Below are positions 10,130-20,013 of a stretch of DNA of 64,000 nt, one piece after another (position 1 is the first letter of the stretch; each line of letters begins with the position of its first letter). The DNA comes from Candidatus Nomurabacteria bacterium (lineage in GTDB: Bacteria; Patescibacteriota; Minisyncoccia; Phycocordibacterales; UBA5272): contig JAQBRF010000003.1 in the NCBI GenBank assembly GCA_028286645.1, positions 12,323 through 76,322 on the forward strand, read 5' to 3'. Position numbers and translations under genes: made by a program. The notes under the pieces are model-generated. The model was not told the DNA's origin. It saw only the letters and a program-made list of their open reading frames with translations, and made no database searches.

Positions 10130-10134
10130 AAGAG

Positions 10135-10165
10135 CCCCGCGTCTCAGCCGCGGGGATTTATTTTT
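10135..10165 (+). terminator. Intrinsic terminator
   Basis: ccccgcg-tctcagc-cgcgggg plus T-rich tail. Confidence 0.75.
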
Positions 10166-10236
10166 GCAAGCCCATTATTTACAGGCTACAAGCTAATTGC
10201 TAAAAGCGATTCATTATGTTAGAATTTCCCCTACAT

Positions 10237-10482
10237 ATGTCAAACGTAAATGTAGAAGTAAAGAAGAACGCAAACGAGAACGCACTTTCTCTTGTACGAC
10301 GCTTCCAGAAGCGAGTTCAGGAGTCAGGCGTTCTGCCTCGCGTCCGATCTATCCGATATAGCGATAGACCCCTTTCAGTATTAAAAACTAAAAGAGCCAG
10401 ATTAAAGAAATTAAATAATTTAAAGAAATACGAATTAGCTAAGAGAATGGGCAAAGTAATTGAAAGAAAGAAAAGAAGATAG
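10237..10482 (+). CDS. rpsU: 30S ribosomal protein S21
   Basis: VEVKKNANENALSLVRRFQKRVQESG; basic and small; precedes ybeY. Confidence 0.8.
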   Translation: MSNVNVEVKKNANENALSLVRRFQKRVQESGVLPRVRSIRYSDRPLSVLKTKRARLKKLNNLKKYELAKRMGKVIERKKRR

Positions 10483-10485
10483 CAA

Positions 10486-10884
10486 ATGGCAATCGTTGAG
10501 CATAAAAACTTAACCCTCGTCCGCAAAAATGGCCCAATTCCTGTTGTGCCATTTTTACGTATTAAGGAAGATATTTTAGGAAAAGATTACGATGTCACCA
10601 TCGTTTTCTGTAGCCCCAAGGAGTCTCAAGAAAAAAATAAAAAATTCCGTAATAAAGATTATCCGACAAACATTCTTTCTTTTCCATTAGACAAAAAAGA
10701 GGGAGAAATTTATATATCTTTATCAAAAGTGAGAAGCGATGCGAAGAACTTTGAGATGAGTTACCGCAAGTTCTTGCATTTAATTGTTATTCACGGAATC
10801 TTGCATTTGAAAGGACACGCTCACGGTAGTACAATGGAAAGGTTAGAGTCAACTTTCCTTAAAAAATATTTCCGTGGCACGTAA
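10486..10884 (+). CDS. ybeY: rRNA maturation RNase YbeY
   Basis: RNKDYPTNILSF, GEIYIS, IHGILHLKGHAH. Confidence 0.93.
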   Translation: MAIVEHKNLTLVRKNGPIPVVPFLRIKEDILGKDYDVTIVFCSPKESQEKNKKFRNKDYPTNILSFPLDKKEGEIYISLSKVRSDAKNFEMSYRKFLHLIVIHGILHLKGHAHGSTMERLESTFLKKYFRGT

Positions 10885-12043
10885 AAATAGAGACATGATA
10901 GTTGGAATAGATATCGGATCCGGAAGCCTCCGAGCTTTAGGCTGTATTCATCTCGAAAATGCCAGATTCCCCGTCGTACTCTCTACATACAAAAAAGCAA
11001 TTGATGGAATTGATAGAGGGAACATCACGGATCCGGAAGAAGTCTCAAATGCGATTATTGATGCCATTAACTATCTCGAAGATGAATCCGGCCATGACAC
11101 CATCCACACGCTAGTTTCACTCGGCGCCTTCGGACTCACCTCTCATCACGCAAATGGACATGCGCAGGTTTCCCGGGGAGATGCTTCTCTTACGGAATTA
11201 GACATAGATAATGCGATTAAAGACGCTAATCGCGGAGTGCCGGACATACGAAATAAGGCAGTGGTTCACGCCATCCCGATGAAATATAAGCTCGACGGAA
11301 ACGAAATACAAGGAAACATCATTGGAGTTCGCGGAAATAAACTAGAAGTAAAAACGCTTTTCGTCACATATCCTAAACAGCTGATGGATGTACTTAAAAA
11401 ATCTTTTGATAAAGCAGGAGTCCGAGTTACAGACATAATAGCTGGGCCGATTTCCGAAAGCATTCCCCTTTTAAATAAAAAACAAAAAGTCGCGGGCGTT
11501 GCCCTCATTAATATTGGCGCCGGAGTTACATCTATTTTAGTGTATGAAAAAAACGTGCCCATTCTTGTTTCCACACTTGCCGTAGGCGGTGATGACATAA
11601 CAAAAGATATCGCACTAGGACTTAAAGTTACACTTGAGGAAGCAGAAGAAATAAAAATAGGAAAAACCAAACTTTCATATTCAAAAAGAAGAGTTGAAGA
11701 AATTATTGAGGCACGCTTAGAAGACTTATGTGAAAAAATTAATAAAGAATTAGCTCGCATCCAAAGACAAGAACTTCTGCCTGCTGGAATCGTGGTATGT
11801 GGATCATCATCACAAGTAGCGCGTCTTGAATTCGTATTTAGAAATGAACTTAAATTGCCAATAAAGATTACATCGTCAGAACTTACCAGATTAACTAATG
11901 ATGCACTTCGAGATACTGGATGGGCAAGAGGTTATGGTCTTACATTTTTAGCGCCAGATGACAGTGAAAAGACAGTATTTAAGGAAGTTTTGACATCTTT
12001 CTTTGCTCGTGTCAAAGCCTTTATAGGCCAGTTTTTGCCTTAA
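10874..12043 (+). CDS. ftsA: Cell division protein FtsA
   Basis: VGIDIGSG, INIGAGVT, VGGDDITKDIA; directly upstream of ftsZ. Confidence 0.93.
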   Translation: MARKNRDMIVGIDIGSGSLRALGCIHLENARFPVVLSTYKKAIDGIDRGNITDPEEVSNAIIDAINYLEDESGHDTIHTLVSLGAFGLTSHHANGHAQVSRGDASLTELDIDNAIKDANRGVPDIRNKAVVHAIPMKYKLDGNEIQGNIIGVRGNKLEVKTLFVTYPKQLMDVLKKSFDKAGVRVTDIIAGPISESIPLLNKKQKVAGVALINIGAGVTSILVYEKNVPILVSTLAVGGDDITKDIALGLKVTLEEAEEIKIGKTKLSYSKRRVEEIIEARLEDLCEKINKELARIQRQELLPAGIVVCGSSSQVARLEFVFRNELKLPIKITSSELTRLTNDALRDTGWARGYGLTFLAPDDSEKTVFKEVLTSFFARVKAFIGQFLP

Positions 12044-12149
12044 TTTATAAGGATTTTTCAGGAAAATCCACTCAAAAAAATATCTTTGCAAAACCAGCTT
12101 CCAATTGATATAGTTACTGTATATCAGTAATTACATTAATTAATTAGAA

Positions 12150-13442
12150 ATGGCAAAAGTAAATCCAGAAATTGAAAGCTTCGCTCGCATTAAAGTCATC
12201 GGTATCGGAGGCTCAGGTAAAGGCGCGCTCAATCATATGATAAATTCCAAACTCCAGGGAGTTGAATTTATCGCGATGAATACAGACACACAAGATCTTC
12301 ATCATTCACTTGCAGAAAAGAAAATCCATATCGGAAAAAACTTAACCAAAGGACTTGGTAGCGGAATGGATCCAGAAGTTGGAAAAAGATCTGCAGAAGA
12401 GACTCGTGAAGAAGTGCAAGATGTGATCAAAGGAGCTGACATGGTATTCGTAGCGTGCGGAATGGGAGGTGGAACTGGAACTGGAGCCGCCCCAGTTGTC
12501 GCCTCCATTTCTAAAAATGAAGGAATTCTTACAGTTGGTGTAGTTACTAAACCTTTTTTCTTTGAAGGCGCTGCCAGAATGAGACTTGCAGAACGAGGAT
12601 TGGAAGAACTGGAAAAAGAAGTTGACGCCCTCATCGTTATTCCAAACGACAGACTGCTTTCTGTAATAGATAAAAACACTTCGGTTAAACAAGCGTTTGA
12701 AATGTGCGATGAAGTTTTAAAGCAAGCTGTCGAAGGAATCGCAGACATCATAAGAACTGCGGGAACCATTAACCTAGACTTCGCTGACATCAAAAAGATT
12801 TTAAAGGATTCTGGAACTGCTCTTATGGGAGTAGGACATGGAGCTGGTGAAAACCGAGCGAGTGAAGCAGCCCAATCTGCCATTAACTCTCCCCTACTTG
12901 ATGTTTCTATCCACGGAGCCAAAGGAGTTCTCTTTGCTATTTATGGGGGTGAAGATCTAGGAATGCTAGAAGTACAAGAAGCGGCAAAAATCATCACTGA
13001 ATCAGTAGACAAGGATGCGCAAATTATCTTCGGTATCGTACAAGACAGCAGCCTAAAGAAAGATGAAGTAAAAGTAACTGTTATAGCAACAGGATTTCCC
13101 ACAGGATTCTCAACACGTCCTCATGGACAAGTAACGTCTTCTATTCCAACATCTCCAAGCATTACTCAAGCCAAGCGAGAAATAGGACAGATGCAGCCAG
13201 AAGACAGAGTAGATAGGAGAGAAACTGTACGTGAAGCAATTAAAGAAGCCCCAGCGGACGCTGTTGAAGAAAGAGGAAGAATAGATAATGATATGAAATC
13301 TTCTGAAGAAACACCAGCCGTAGGAGACGATGGGAAGAAACCAAAAGTTGCTGGAAAGAAAACAATATTTAAATTTGATGATGACGATGAGGAAGAAGAT
13401 GACTGGGAAGCGTTACCACCGTTTTTAAGAAGAAGGAAATAA
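12150..13442 (+). CDS. ftsZ: Cell division protein FtsZ
   Basis: GMGGGTGTG, INLDFAD, C-terminal LPPFLRRR. Confidence 0.98.
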   Translation: MAKVNPEIESFARIKVIGIGGSGKGALNHMINSKLQGVEFIAMNTDTQDLHHSLAEKKIHIGKNLTKGLGSGMDPEVGKRSAEETREEVQDVIKGADMVFVACGMGGGTGTGAAPVVASISKNEGILTVGVVTKPFFFEGAARMRLAERGLEELEKEVDALIVIPNDRLLSVIDKNTSVKQAFEMCDEVLKQAVEGIADIIRTAGTINLDFADIKKILKDSGTALMGVGHGAGENRASEAAQSAINSPLLDVSIHGAKGVLFAIYGGEDLGMLEVQEAAKIITESVDKDAQIIFGIVQDSSLKKDEVKVTVIATGFPTGFSTRPHGQVTSSIPTSPSITQAKREIGQMQPEDRVDRRETVREAIKEAPADAVEERGRIDNDMKSSEETPAVGDDGKKPKVAGKKTIFKFDDDDEEEDDWEALPPFLRRRK

Positions 13443-13455
13443 TATAAACCTTAGA

Positions 13456-13490
13456 ATAAAACTCTGTTCAAAAACAGGGTTTTATTTTTA
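13456..13490 (+). terminator. Terminator after ftsZ
   Basis: aataaaactctg...cagggttttatt. Confidence 0.65.
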
Positions 13491-13544
13491 TCCAGGCCGA
13501 GTTTCCATATTTGAAATACTTTCAATTATCGATTTATTAAAATA

Positions 13545-13685
13545 AAAAACCACTTTCCCCCGCGTCCAAATGTTTAAACATTCAGATATTCCCAAGCTTG
13601 AAATTTCAACCTTGGCTTCTAGTTATTACTAGAATTTCGCGTTTCGGATAGTGGTGATCTTCCTTAGTTTCTAGACTAAGAGATT
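13545..13685 (-). ncRNA. Candidate multi-branched structured RNA or DNA element downstream of the orphan ORF
   Basis: Closing stems accact/agtggt and cgcg/cgcg enclose three hairpins; fourth hairpin adjacent; U-tract on the minus strand. Confidence 0.45.
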
Positions 13686-13714
13686 CGTTTTCAGTACTTT
13701 AAAACAACAGCAGG

Positions 13715-14128
13715 TTACTTTACATACGCTCTTGAAACCATGACATACTGGTCATCATTCGAATACACCATGATGCGAAGAGATGCCGGGATCAAAAGCG
13801 AAAGAGACCAAAACCTCCATCTCCAGTACGCTCCTTCAGATATCTGCTTCAGCCGAACATGGGCTGTTGAGCCCACCCATTTCGCCACCTTCATGTCTAT
13901 GGTGGAATTAAGCGGAGTATCCCGAAGCACTGAAGAGAGAGGGAACCACTCCCCAGCAACGGGAGCCTGAATTTCTTTCCACTGAATTTCTCCGCTAATG
14001 GTGGTGGTATCTGCGAGATGCAGTTTTCCTCCTTCATTCTTGAAAAGCAGATGAAACGGGTAGAAACCATTCTGGTCTCCGGGTACAGCTTGTTTCTTAG
14101 GTACGGACACAAACGGCCAAGTAAGCAT
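13715..14128 (-). CDS. Orphan hypothetical protein
   Basis: AAGGAG SD, TTGACA-17-TAGGTT promoter upstream. Confidence 0.6.
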   Translation of the reverse strand: MLTWPFVSVPKKQAVPGDQNGFYPFHLLFKNEGGKLHLADTTTISGEIQWKEIQAPVAGEWFPLSSVLRDTPLNSTIDMKVAKWVGSTAHVRLKQISEGAYWRWRFWSLSLLIPASLRIMVYSNDDQYVMVSRAYVK

Positions 14129-14207
14129 TTCTGCTCCTTTAATAACTCCTCACGCCGGATGCGCTCGGTAGCATACATAAACCTACCATTTTCGTATGAA
14201 TTGTCAA

Positions 14208-14717
14208 CTATACCATTCCATCTCTCTTAATTGTTTCGACAAGAAGTTCTCTACTTAGTCTTACAATAAACCCTGACTTCATATATACATCATGAGTTGT
14301 GTGGTGGGGACGTATAATTTCTTTTACTTCATTTCCCTTTTCTTTAAGAAAACTTACAAGTTCTTCATAGGTTAAAGTGACGGGTACAATTTCTATATGA
14401 TCGATCCTGTCGCCCTGAGAATTATCTTTCTTTTGATCTGAAAGTTCTAAATATTTAATTTCTCCCACCGCTGTATAAAGACTTTTTGATAATCCTATAA
14501 ATGCGATTCTTCTTCCAGGTATTAAAGACTGATACATAAACCTACTATCAAATTCAAAGTGTTTGCGAGTATTTTCGTAAATCTCAGAGGTCGAACATTT
14601 TACACAAACGTGGTCGGCTTTTACTTTGTTTATAAGACCATTAACATTGCAAAAGATATCAAATTCTTTTATAAAAGGATCAGATTTTACATATAAATCC
14701 TCTATTTTTTGTATCAT
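14208..14717 (-). CDS. VOC-family protein (YecM-like)
   Basis: ADHVCVKC, GRRI, YLEL, DHIEI motifs. Confidence 0.7.
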   Translation of the reverse strand: MIQKIEDLYVKSDPFIKEFDIFCNVNGLINKVKADHVCVKCSTSEIYENTRKHFEFDSRFMYQSLIPGRRIAFIGLSKSLYTAVGEIKYLELSDQKKDNSQGDRIDHIEIVPVTLTYEELVSFLKEKGNEVKEIIRPHHTTHDVYMKSGFIVRLSRELLVETIKRDGMV

Positions 14718-14747
14718 CGTTTAAGTATATCAATTACATTATCTATA

Positions 14748-14772
14748 ATCTAAAATCTAATGTCTAAGATCT
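14748..14772 (+). repeat. Solo copy of the 25-bp heptamer-built repeat
   Basis: atctaaaatctaatgtctaagatct, 24/25 identical to 38191-38215. Confidence 0.85.
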
Positions 14773-14796
14773 AGTTTAGTGGTATAATTTAAATCT

Positions 14797-15759
14797 ATGT
14801 CAGAATCTAACTCTTCCTCTACACCCTACACGCTAACCGCGGATCTTTATGATTTAATAATCATAGGAGGCGGTCCAGCAGGATCTGCCGCTGCAGTGTA
14901 TGCGGCGAGAAAACAGCTTAAGACGCTTTTAATAGTAAAAGAATGGGGAGGACAGTCGATCGTATCAGACGATGTCCAAAACTGGATAGGAACTACTCAT
15001 ATATCTGGGGCTAAGCTTGCAGATAGTTTAAAGACTCATGTAATGGAATATAAAGGAGAAATTTTAACTATTAATGAAGGAAAGAATATAACCAATATTT
15101 CGGGGTCTGATGGAAACTTTAAAGTAACACTGGAAGACTACAAGACTTTTAATGGAAAGACCGTTCTTATTTCTACGGGATCTGCTCGCAGAAAGTTAGA
15201 TATTCCTGGAGCAGATATATATGAAAATAAAGGCATTACTTATTGTGCATCGTGTGATGGCCCCCTATTTTCCGGAATGGATGTTGTAGTTATCGGAGGA
15301 GGAAATGCCGGATTTGAATCCGCCGCGCAGTTACTTGCATATTCAAAGTCAGTAACATTGCTTTCAAGAAGCGAGCCGAGGGCGGATGCCATCACGATTG
15401 AAAAATTAAAATCAAAGCCTAATTTTAATCTGGTGGTAGGTGCAGTACCTAAAGAAATAAAAGGGAGTGCATTCGTTGAGTCGATTATTTATACAGATAA
15501 TAATGGAAAAGATGTAGCTCTCGCAGTAGGAGGAGTATTCGTAGAGATCGGCCAAATCCCTGCCACAGGATTCGCCGACGGACTACTTGAATTAACCCCA
15601 TCTAAAAATATAAAAACTGACCCCAGGACGCAGGAAACTTCTGTCAAAGGAATTTGGGCAGCAGGAGATTGTACCGACGTGCTATATCACCAGAATAATA
15701 TCGCGGCTGGGGACGCTGTGCGTGCCCTAGAAGATATCTACTTACATCTCCACGCCTAG
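14797..15759 (+). CDS. trxB: Thioredoxin reductase / AhpF-like FAD-dependent oxidoreductase
   Basis: IIGGGPAG, YCASCDGP, VIGGGNAG, AAGD. Confidence 0.88.
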   Translation: MSESNSSSTPYTLTADLYDLIIIGGGPAGSAAAVYAARKQLKTLLIVKEWGGQSIVSDDVQNWIGTTHISGAKLADSLKTHVMEYKGEILTINEGKNITNISGSDGNFKVTLEDYKTFNGKTVLISTGSARRKLDIPGADIYENKGITYCASCDGPLFSGMDVVVIGGGNAGFESAAQLLAYSKSVTLLSRSEPRADAITIEKLKSKPNFNLVVGAVPKEIKGSAFVESIIYTDNNGKDVALAVGGVFVEIGQIPATGFADGLLELTPSKNIKTDPRTQETSVKGIWAAGDCTDVLYHQNNIAAGDAVRALEDIYLHLHA

Positions 15760-15779
15760 TATATAAATTTTAGAATAAC

Positions 15780-15811
15780 AAAAGGGCGAGCACTATGTGC
15801 TCGCCCTTTTG
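15780..15811 (+). terminator. Intrinsic terminator
   Basis: aaagggcgagcac-tat-gtgctcgcccttt perfect hairpin. Confidence 0.85.
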
Positions 15812-15889
15812 ATCTGTATATATTATATCATACCCCTTCTTTATAAAACAAGACTTACTTAAAAAATCAAGGTCTGTTATCATTAACGG

Positions 15890-17632
15890 ATGCGAAATCA
15901 TTTAAAGTCTATTCATAATTTATGGATACTCCTTGGTCCATTTCATAAACGATTTTATTTCCAATTATTTTTAATTTTTATATCTCAGATAATAGTGGTG
16001 GTATATGCAAAGTTAAATGCAGAAATGTTGAATTCTTTAGTCGGGAAAAATATTTCTGCTTTTGCCATATTAGCCAGTATCTGGCTAATAACAATTATTA
16101 TAGATAATGGCATAAACTATATTTCAAAATTAAATTCCATTAAACAACTAGAACAAAAGATATATCAGCATCTAGAAGAAATATCCCTAAAAAAACTTTT
16201 TACTTTAAATATTTCCCAGTACATAGAAGAGCACTCATCTTTGAAGCAAACAGCTCTTGCAAATGGTGAGGTTGCTGTACAAAACATAATTAATATAATT
16301 ATTACTTCTATCATTCCCACTGTTTCTCTTGTGATTATTTCCATAATAACGTTGGCCTTTTATAGCAATCTAATAGCCGTAATAAGCCTATTTATTATAG
16401 TAATAATCTTTACGTGGGCATACTTCTTTAATAAAAAACAATACCCATTAATCATAAAGAATCGGGATAACTGGAACGATCAAAGAAAAATAAGAACGGA
16501 ATCATTTACCCATTTATCTCTAATAAAAACATTAAACAGAGGAGACTATTTTATAAAAAATTATCTGGATAAAAGAATGCAAATCATTGGGCATCATGTG
16601 TTTACAAGGTCACGCGCTGCTAGGCACTCAATCACGAGAGATGGGATTACTGAATTATTTTCTCTAATTACTCTTACTATAGCTGCTTTATTATTTTTAA
16701 AGGGAACGTATAGTATTGGAATAATTTATTTGATATGGAATTTAACTTCTAGAGTTTATTGGCAAATATCCTCTTTGTCAAACAACATAAGAGACATCCC
16801 TGTATATTATGCAGACTCAGAAAAGTTCATGGACATAATGGATAAAGAGAAAAGCTTCGATGAGTCCGGAAAGAAAAATTTATCAATTAACGGAGACATA
16901 ATATTCAACGAAGTTAAATTTAAATATCCTAAGCATTCTGACTACTTATTTAATGATCTTTCTTTCGAGATTCCTGGAGGAAAAGTTACGGCATTCGTAG
17001 GTTCCTCTGGCTCAGGAAAGACAACTATCACCAAAATACTTTTAAGAAGTTATGATTACCAAGACGGAAACATTCAAATTAACCACCATGAGTTAAAAAA
17101 TATCGATGCTGGGTATTTGCGCGAGCACATCGGATATGTTGAGCAGCATATAGACTTGCTAGATGACACTATTAAAGAAAATATTTTAATTTCTGTCCCT
17201 GAGAAAAAAAGAAAAGAGGCTGAAAAAAGATTAGAAGATGTAGCAAAGCTTGCTCGCATTGATCAATTCTATGACCGATTAGGAGAAACTAAATTCGACA
17301 CCTTAGTTGGCGAACGAGGGATAAAGCTTTCTGGTGGAGAACGCCAAAGAATCGGAATTGCGCGAGCCATTATAAAGAACCCAGAGATTCTCATCTTCGA
17401 TGAATCGACTTCATCTCTCGATACTGAAAACGAATCCAAAGTTATGGAAGCTATAAACGATGTATCCGTCGGCAAAACGACAATTATCATTGCTCACAGG
17501 CTTTCAACCGTTAAAAATGCAGATAAAATTATTGTTATGGATAAAGGTAAAGTAGTCGGAGCTGGAACACATGAGGAGTTAATGCAATCCTCCCTTATTT
17601 ACCAGACTCTTGTAGCCCACCAACTTTCATAA
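15890..17632 (+). CDS. ABC transporter, fused permease and ATPase (MsbA-like exporter)
   Basis: N-terminal TM helices; GSSGSGKT, LSGGERQR, ILIFDE, IAHRL. Confidence 0.92.
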   Translation: MRNHLKSIHNLWILLGPFHKRFYFQLFLIFISQIIVVVYAKLNAEMLNSLVGKNISAFAILASIWLITIIIDNGINYISKLNSIKQLEQKIYQHLEEISLKKLFTLNISQYIEEHSSLKQTALANGEVAVQNIINIIITSIIPTVSLVIISIITLAFYSNLIAVISLFIIVIIFTWAYFFNKKQYPLIIKNRDNWNDQRKIRTESFTHLSLIKTLNRGDYFIKNYLDKRMQIIGHHVFTRSRAARHSITRDGITELFSLITLTIAALLFLKGTYSIGIIYLIWNLTSRVYWQISSLSNNIRDIPVYYADSEKFMDIMDKEKSFDESGKKNLSINGDIIFNEVKFKYPKHSDYLFNDLSFEIPGGKVTAFVGSSGSGKTTITKILLRSYDYQDGNIQINHHELKNIDAGYLREHIGYVEQHIDLLDDTIKENILISVPEKKRKEAEKRLEDVAKLARIDQFYDRLGETKFDTLVGERGIKLSGGERQRIGIARAIIKNPEILIFDESTSSLDTENESKVMEAINDVSVGKTTIIIAHRLSTVKNADKIIVMDKGKVVGAGTHEELMQSSLIYQTLVAHQLS

Positions 17633-17763
17633 GACAGCGTGTAGGGTGTAGAGCATGGCGTATAGGACACAAACCTAGGCACAACTTGATACATAAAATT
17701 TATCAGTAACTATACGCTATACGCTACCCCCTATTAACCAGGGTTGAGGTATACTTACAAGCA

Positions 17764-19029
17764 ATGAAAAACGTACTGAAGCGAATTAAGAAAGCCTTTG
17801 GCCCTGGAGTGATAACTGGCATTGCAGATGATGATCCATCAGGAATAGCGACATACGCTCAAACTGGAGCAGTATTTGGCCTTACACAGTTATGGCTTGC
17901 CTTATATTGCATCCCCTTTATGATCTCGGTTCAGGAAATGTGCGGCCGCATAGGCATGGTTACAGGCAAAGGCATAACCACTCTTATAAAGTCCCATTAT
18001 TCTAAACCCGTACTTTTTCTTGCCATCACTCTTTTATCTATTGCTAACGTCGTAAACATTGGAGCGGACGTTGGAGCCATGTCTCAAGCTTTGGCTATTA
18101 TTTCCCCTCTTTCTTTTGGGGTTGGAATATTTATATTTACTATATTCACTATTTTTACTGCTATATATATTCCTTATAAAATTTATGTAAAGTGTTTAAA
18201 GTGGTTTGCTCTTTCGGTGCTTGCATATGTGTTTGTCGCATTTATGATTAATCATGATTGGGTTCTAATTTTTAAAGCATTAGTAATTCCTAATTTTCAT
18301 TGGGAAAAAGAATACCTGATAAATATAATGGCCATGCTTGGGACAACAATCTCCCCGTATTTATTCTTTTGGCAGGCAAATGAAGAGATTGAAGAAGAAA
18401 TTGAAACAAATAAGCTGGAGGAGTTCGGAAAAGGAACTCCGAAAGTTACTCGAAATGATTTAAAGCAGATGAGAACCGATACTGTTATCGGAATGGCTGC
18501 GTCGAATATCATTACATTCTTTATTATCATTACAAGCGCGAGCCTTATTTCTTCGACTCCCGGTCAAGTAATTACCGCAACAGATCTTATCCGGAGCTTG
18601 ACCCCTCTTGCGGGAGGATTTTCTGCATACCTTTTTGCTATTGCGATTATTGGAACTGGATTGTTGGCGCTTCCGGTTCTCGCGGGATCTGCAGCGTATG
18701 CTTGGGCAGAGGCGATTGACGAAAAAGTAGGACTAGGAAAAACTTTTAAGGAGGCTAAATGGTTTTATGTAATCCTTGCACTAGTCATGCTGATAGGGGC
18801 GCTTCTAAATGTCTTTGATGTAAATCCTGTAGCCATGCTTTACTATTCAGCCGCGATTAATGGAATTCTTGCAGCTCCGCTTCTTTTTATAATAATTCAT
18901 ATTGCGAACAATAAGCGTATCATGCGGGAAAACACTAATTCAAAACTTTCCAATATCTTAAATATTTTCATCGCAATTGTTATGGGACTAATAGCTCTGT
19001 TTACTATTGAATCTTTCTTTAGGCCTTAA
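17764..19029 (+). CDS. NRAMP-family divalent metal transporter
   Basis: GPGVITGIADDDPSG, GTTISPYLFFWQ. Confidence 0.9.
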   Translation: MKNVLKRIKKAFGPGVITGIADDDPSGIATYAQTGAVFGLTQLWLALYCIPFMISVQEMCGRIGMVTGKGITTLIKSHYSKPVLFLAITLLSIANVVNIGADVGAMSQALAIISPLSFGVGIFIFTIFTIFTAIYIPYKIYVKCLKWFALSVLAYVFVAFMINHDWVLIFKALVIPNFHWEKEYLINIMAMLGTTISPYLFFWQANEEIEEEIETNKLEEFGKGTPKVTRNDLKQMRTDTVIGMAASNIITFFIIITSASLISSTPGQVITATDLIRSLTPLAGGFSAYLFAIAIIGTGLLALPVLAGSAAYAWAEAIDEKVGLGKTFKEAKWFYVILALVMLIGALLNVFDVNPVAMLYYSAAINGILAAPLLFIIIHIANNKRIMRENTNSKLSNILNIFIAIVMGLIALFTIESFFRP

Positions 19030-19208
19030 GAGCGGGTGGGAGGATTCTCCTACAAATCTTTTTTCGCCAGTCGCTCAAAAAGTTCGCAGGCCACTCCTCG
19101 GCATTTTGCCTGCTGACAAAATATGCCTCCGGCTTTCGAATCCTCCATAAAAGCACGCAGGTGCTTTTTCACCTCCGCAAATTAATCCCGAAAGGGATTT
19201 TAATTTTG
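19030..19208 (-). repeat. tRNA-3'-linked structured repeat element
   Basis: Inverted copy of the tRNA-Ser 3' end and T-arm, internal hairpins, distal direct repeat ggtgggaggattc (19035-19047). Confidence 0.7.
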
Positions 19209-19295
19209 CGGAGGTGGGAGGATTCGAACCTCCGATGAGATTACTCCCATGGCTGCTTTCGAGGCAGCTGCGTTCAACCTCTCTGCCACACCTCC
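19209..19295 (-). tRNA. tRNA-Ser(CGA)
   Basis: Reverse complement folds as a cloverleaf; GCTGC-CT-CGA-AA-GCAGC anticodon arm, long variable arm, GGTTCGAATCC; no encoded CCA. Confidence 0.95.
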
Positions 19296-19398
19296 AATTG
19301 GAGGATTATAGCATAATAATAGCCTATATTTGCCCTTATTTTTATAAGTAAATAGCGCTTCTATTTAATGTTATAATTAAACTACAAGCTCAAACTTT

Positions 19399-20004
19399 AT
19401 GACTGACTCTGAAGATGAATATACAGTAAGCATACGTATTACACTGCCGGATGCAGTAAATACGATACTTAAAAAAGAGAAGGACCGGTTTGTTGTTGAA
19501 TATGGCAGCAGTTACAAATCAGAACCCCATATTACTCTCTATCTTAATAGATATACAAAAGAAGGTTTTCCTAAACTCATCGAAGATCTCAAAGAACTTT
19601 CTCTTTCTCCTTTTTCTTTTACATTACTAGATCCTATAATGAGCCCGGGATATCGCAATTCCTACAATGTGGACGTATCCAATAAAACAGCTTTAGAGAA
19701 AATTCATTTAGCGATAGAGAGTGTAGCTTCCAAATACCAAAGTAAACTTCTTCGAAAAAAAGACCAGGAGCGATTAGAGCGGGGAATCTCTCCAAACTCT
19801 ATAAAATGGGTTCCACATATTACTCTTGGGGAAGTGATAGTCGCAGCACCTCAACCTGATTTAAATGATATTAAGAATAATATACAAGAAATTATAGGTC
19901 AAGAAGTTTTAGTTTCCGATTTTACAGTATTCTTTTATGTAAAGAAAACAGGTGCAGAAAAAGCGGAATCGCTGGCAGAAGTTACGATATCATTTATAAT
20001 TTAA
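19399..20004 (+). CDS. 2H phosphoesterase / 2'-5' RNA ligase family protein
   Basis: Two HxT motifs: PHITLY and PHITLG. Confidence 0.85.
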   Translation: MTDSEDEYTVSIRITLPDAVNTILKKEKDRFVVEYGSSYKSEPHITLYLNRYTKEGFPKLIEDLKELSLSPFSFTLLDPIMSPGYRNSYNVDVSNKTALEKIHLAIESVASKYQSKLLRKKDQERLERGISPNSIKWVPHITLGEVIVAAPQPDLNDIKNNIQEIIGQEVLVSDFTVFFYVKKTGAEKAESLAEVTISFII

Positions 20005-20013
20005 ATATTAATT

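Noticed and set aside
11266-12922. Long antisense ORFs inside ftsA and ftsZ (and similar ones inside other core genes)
   Set aside because: Codon-symmetry shadows of well-supported genes.
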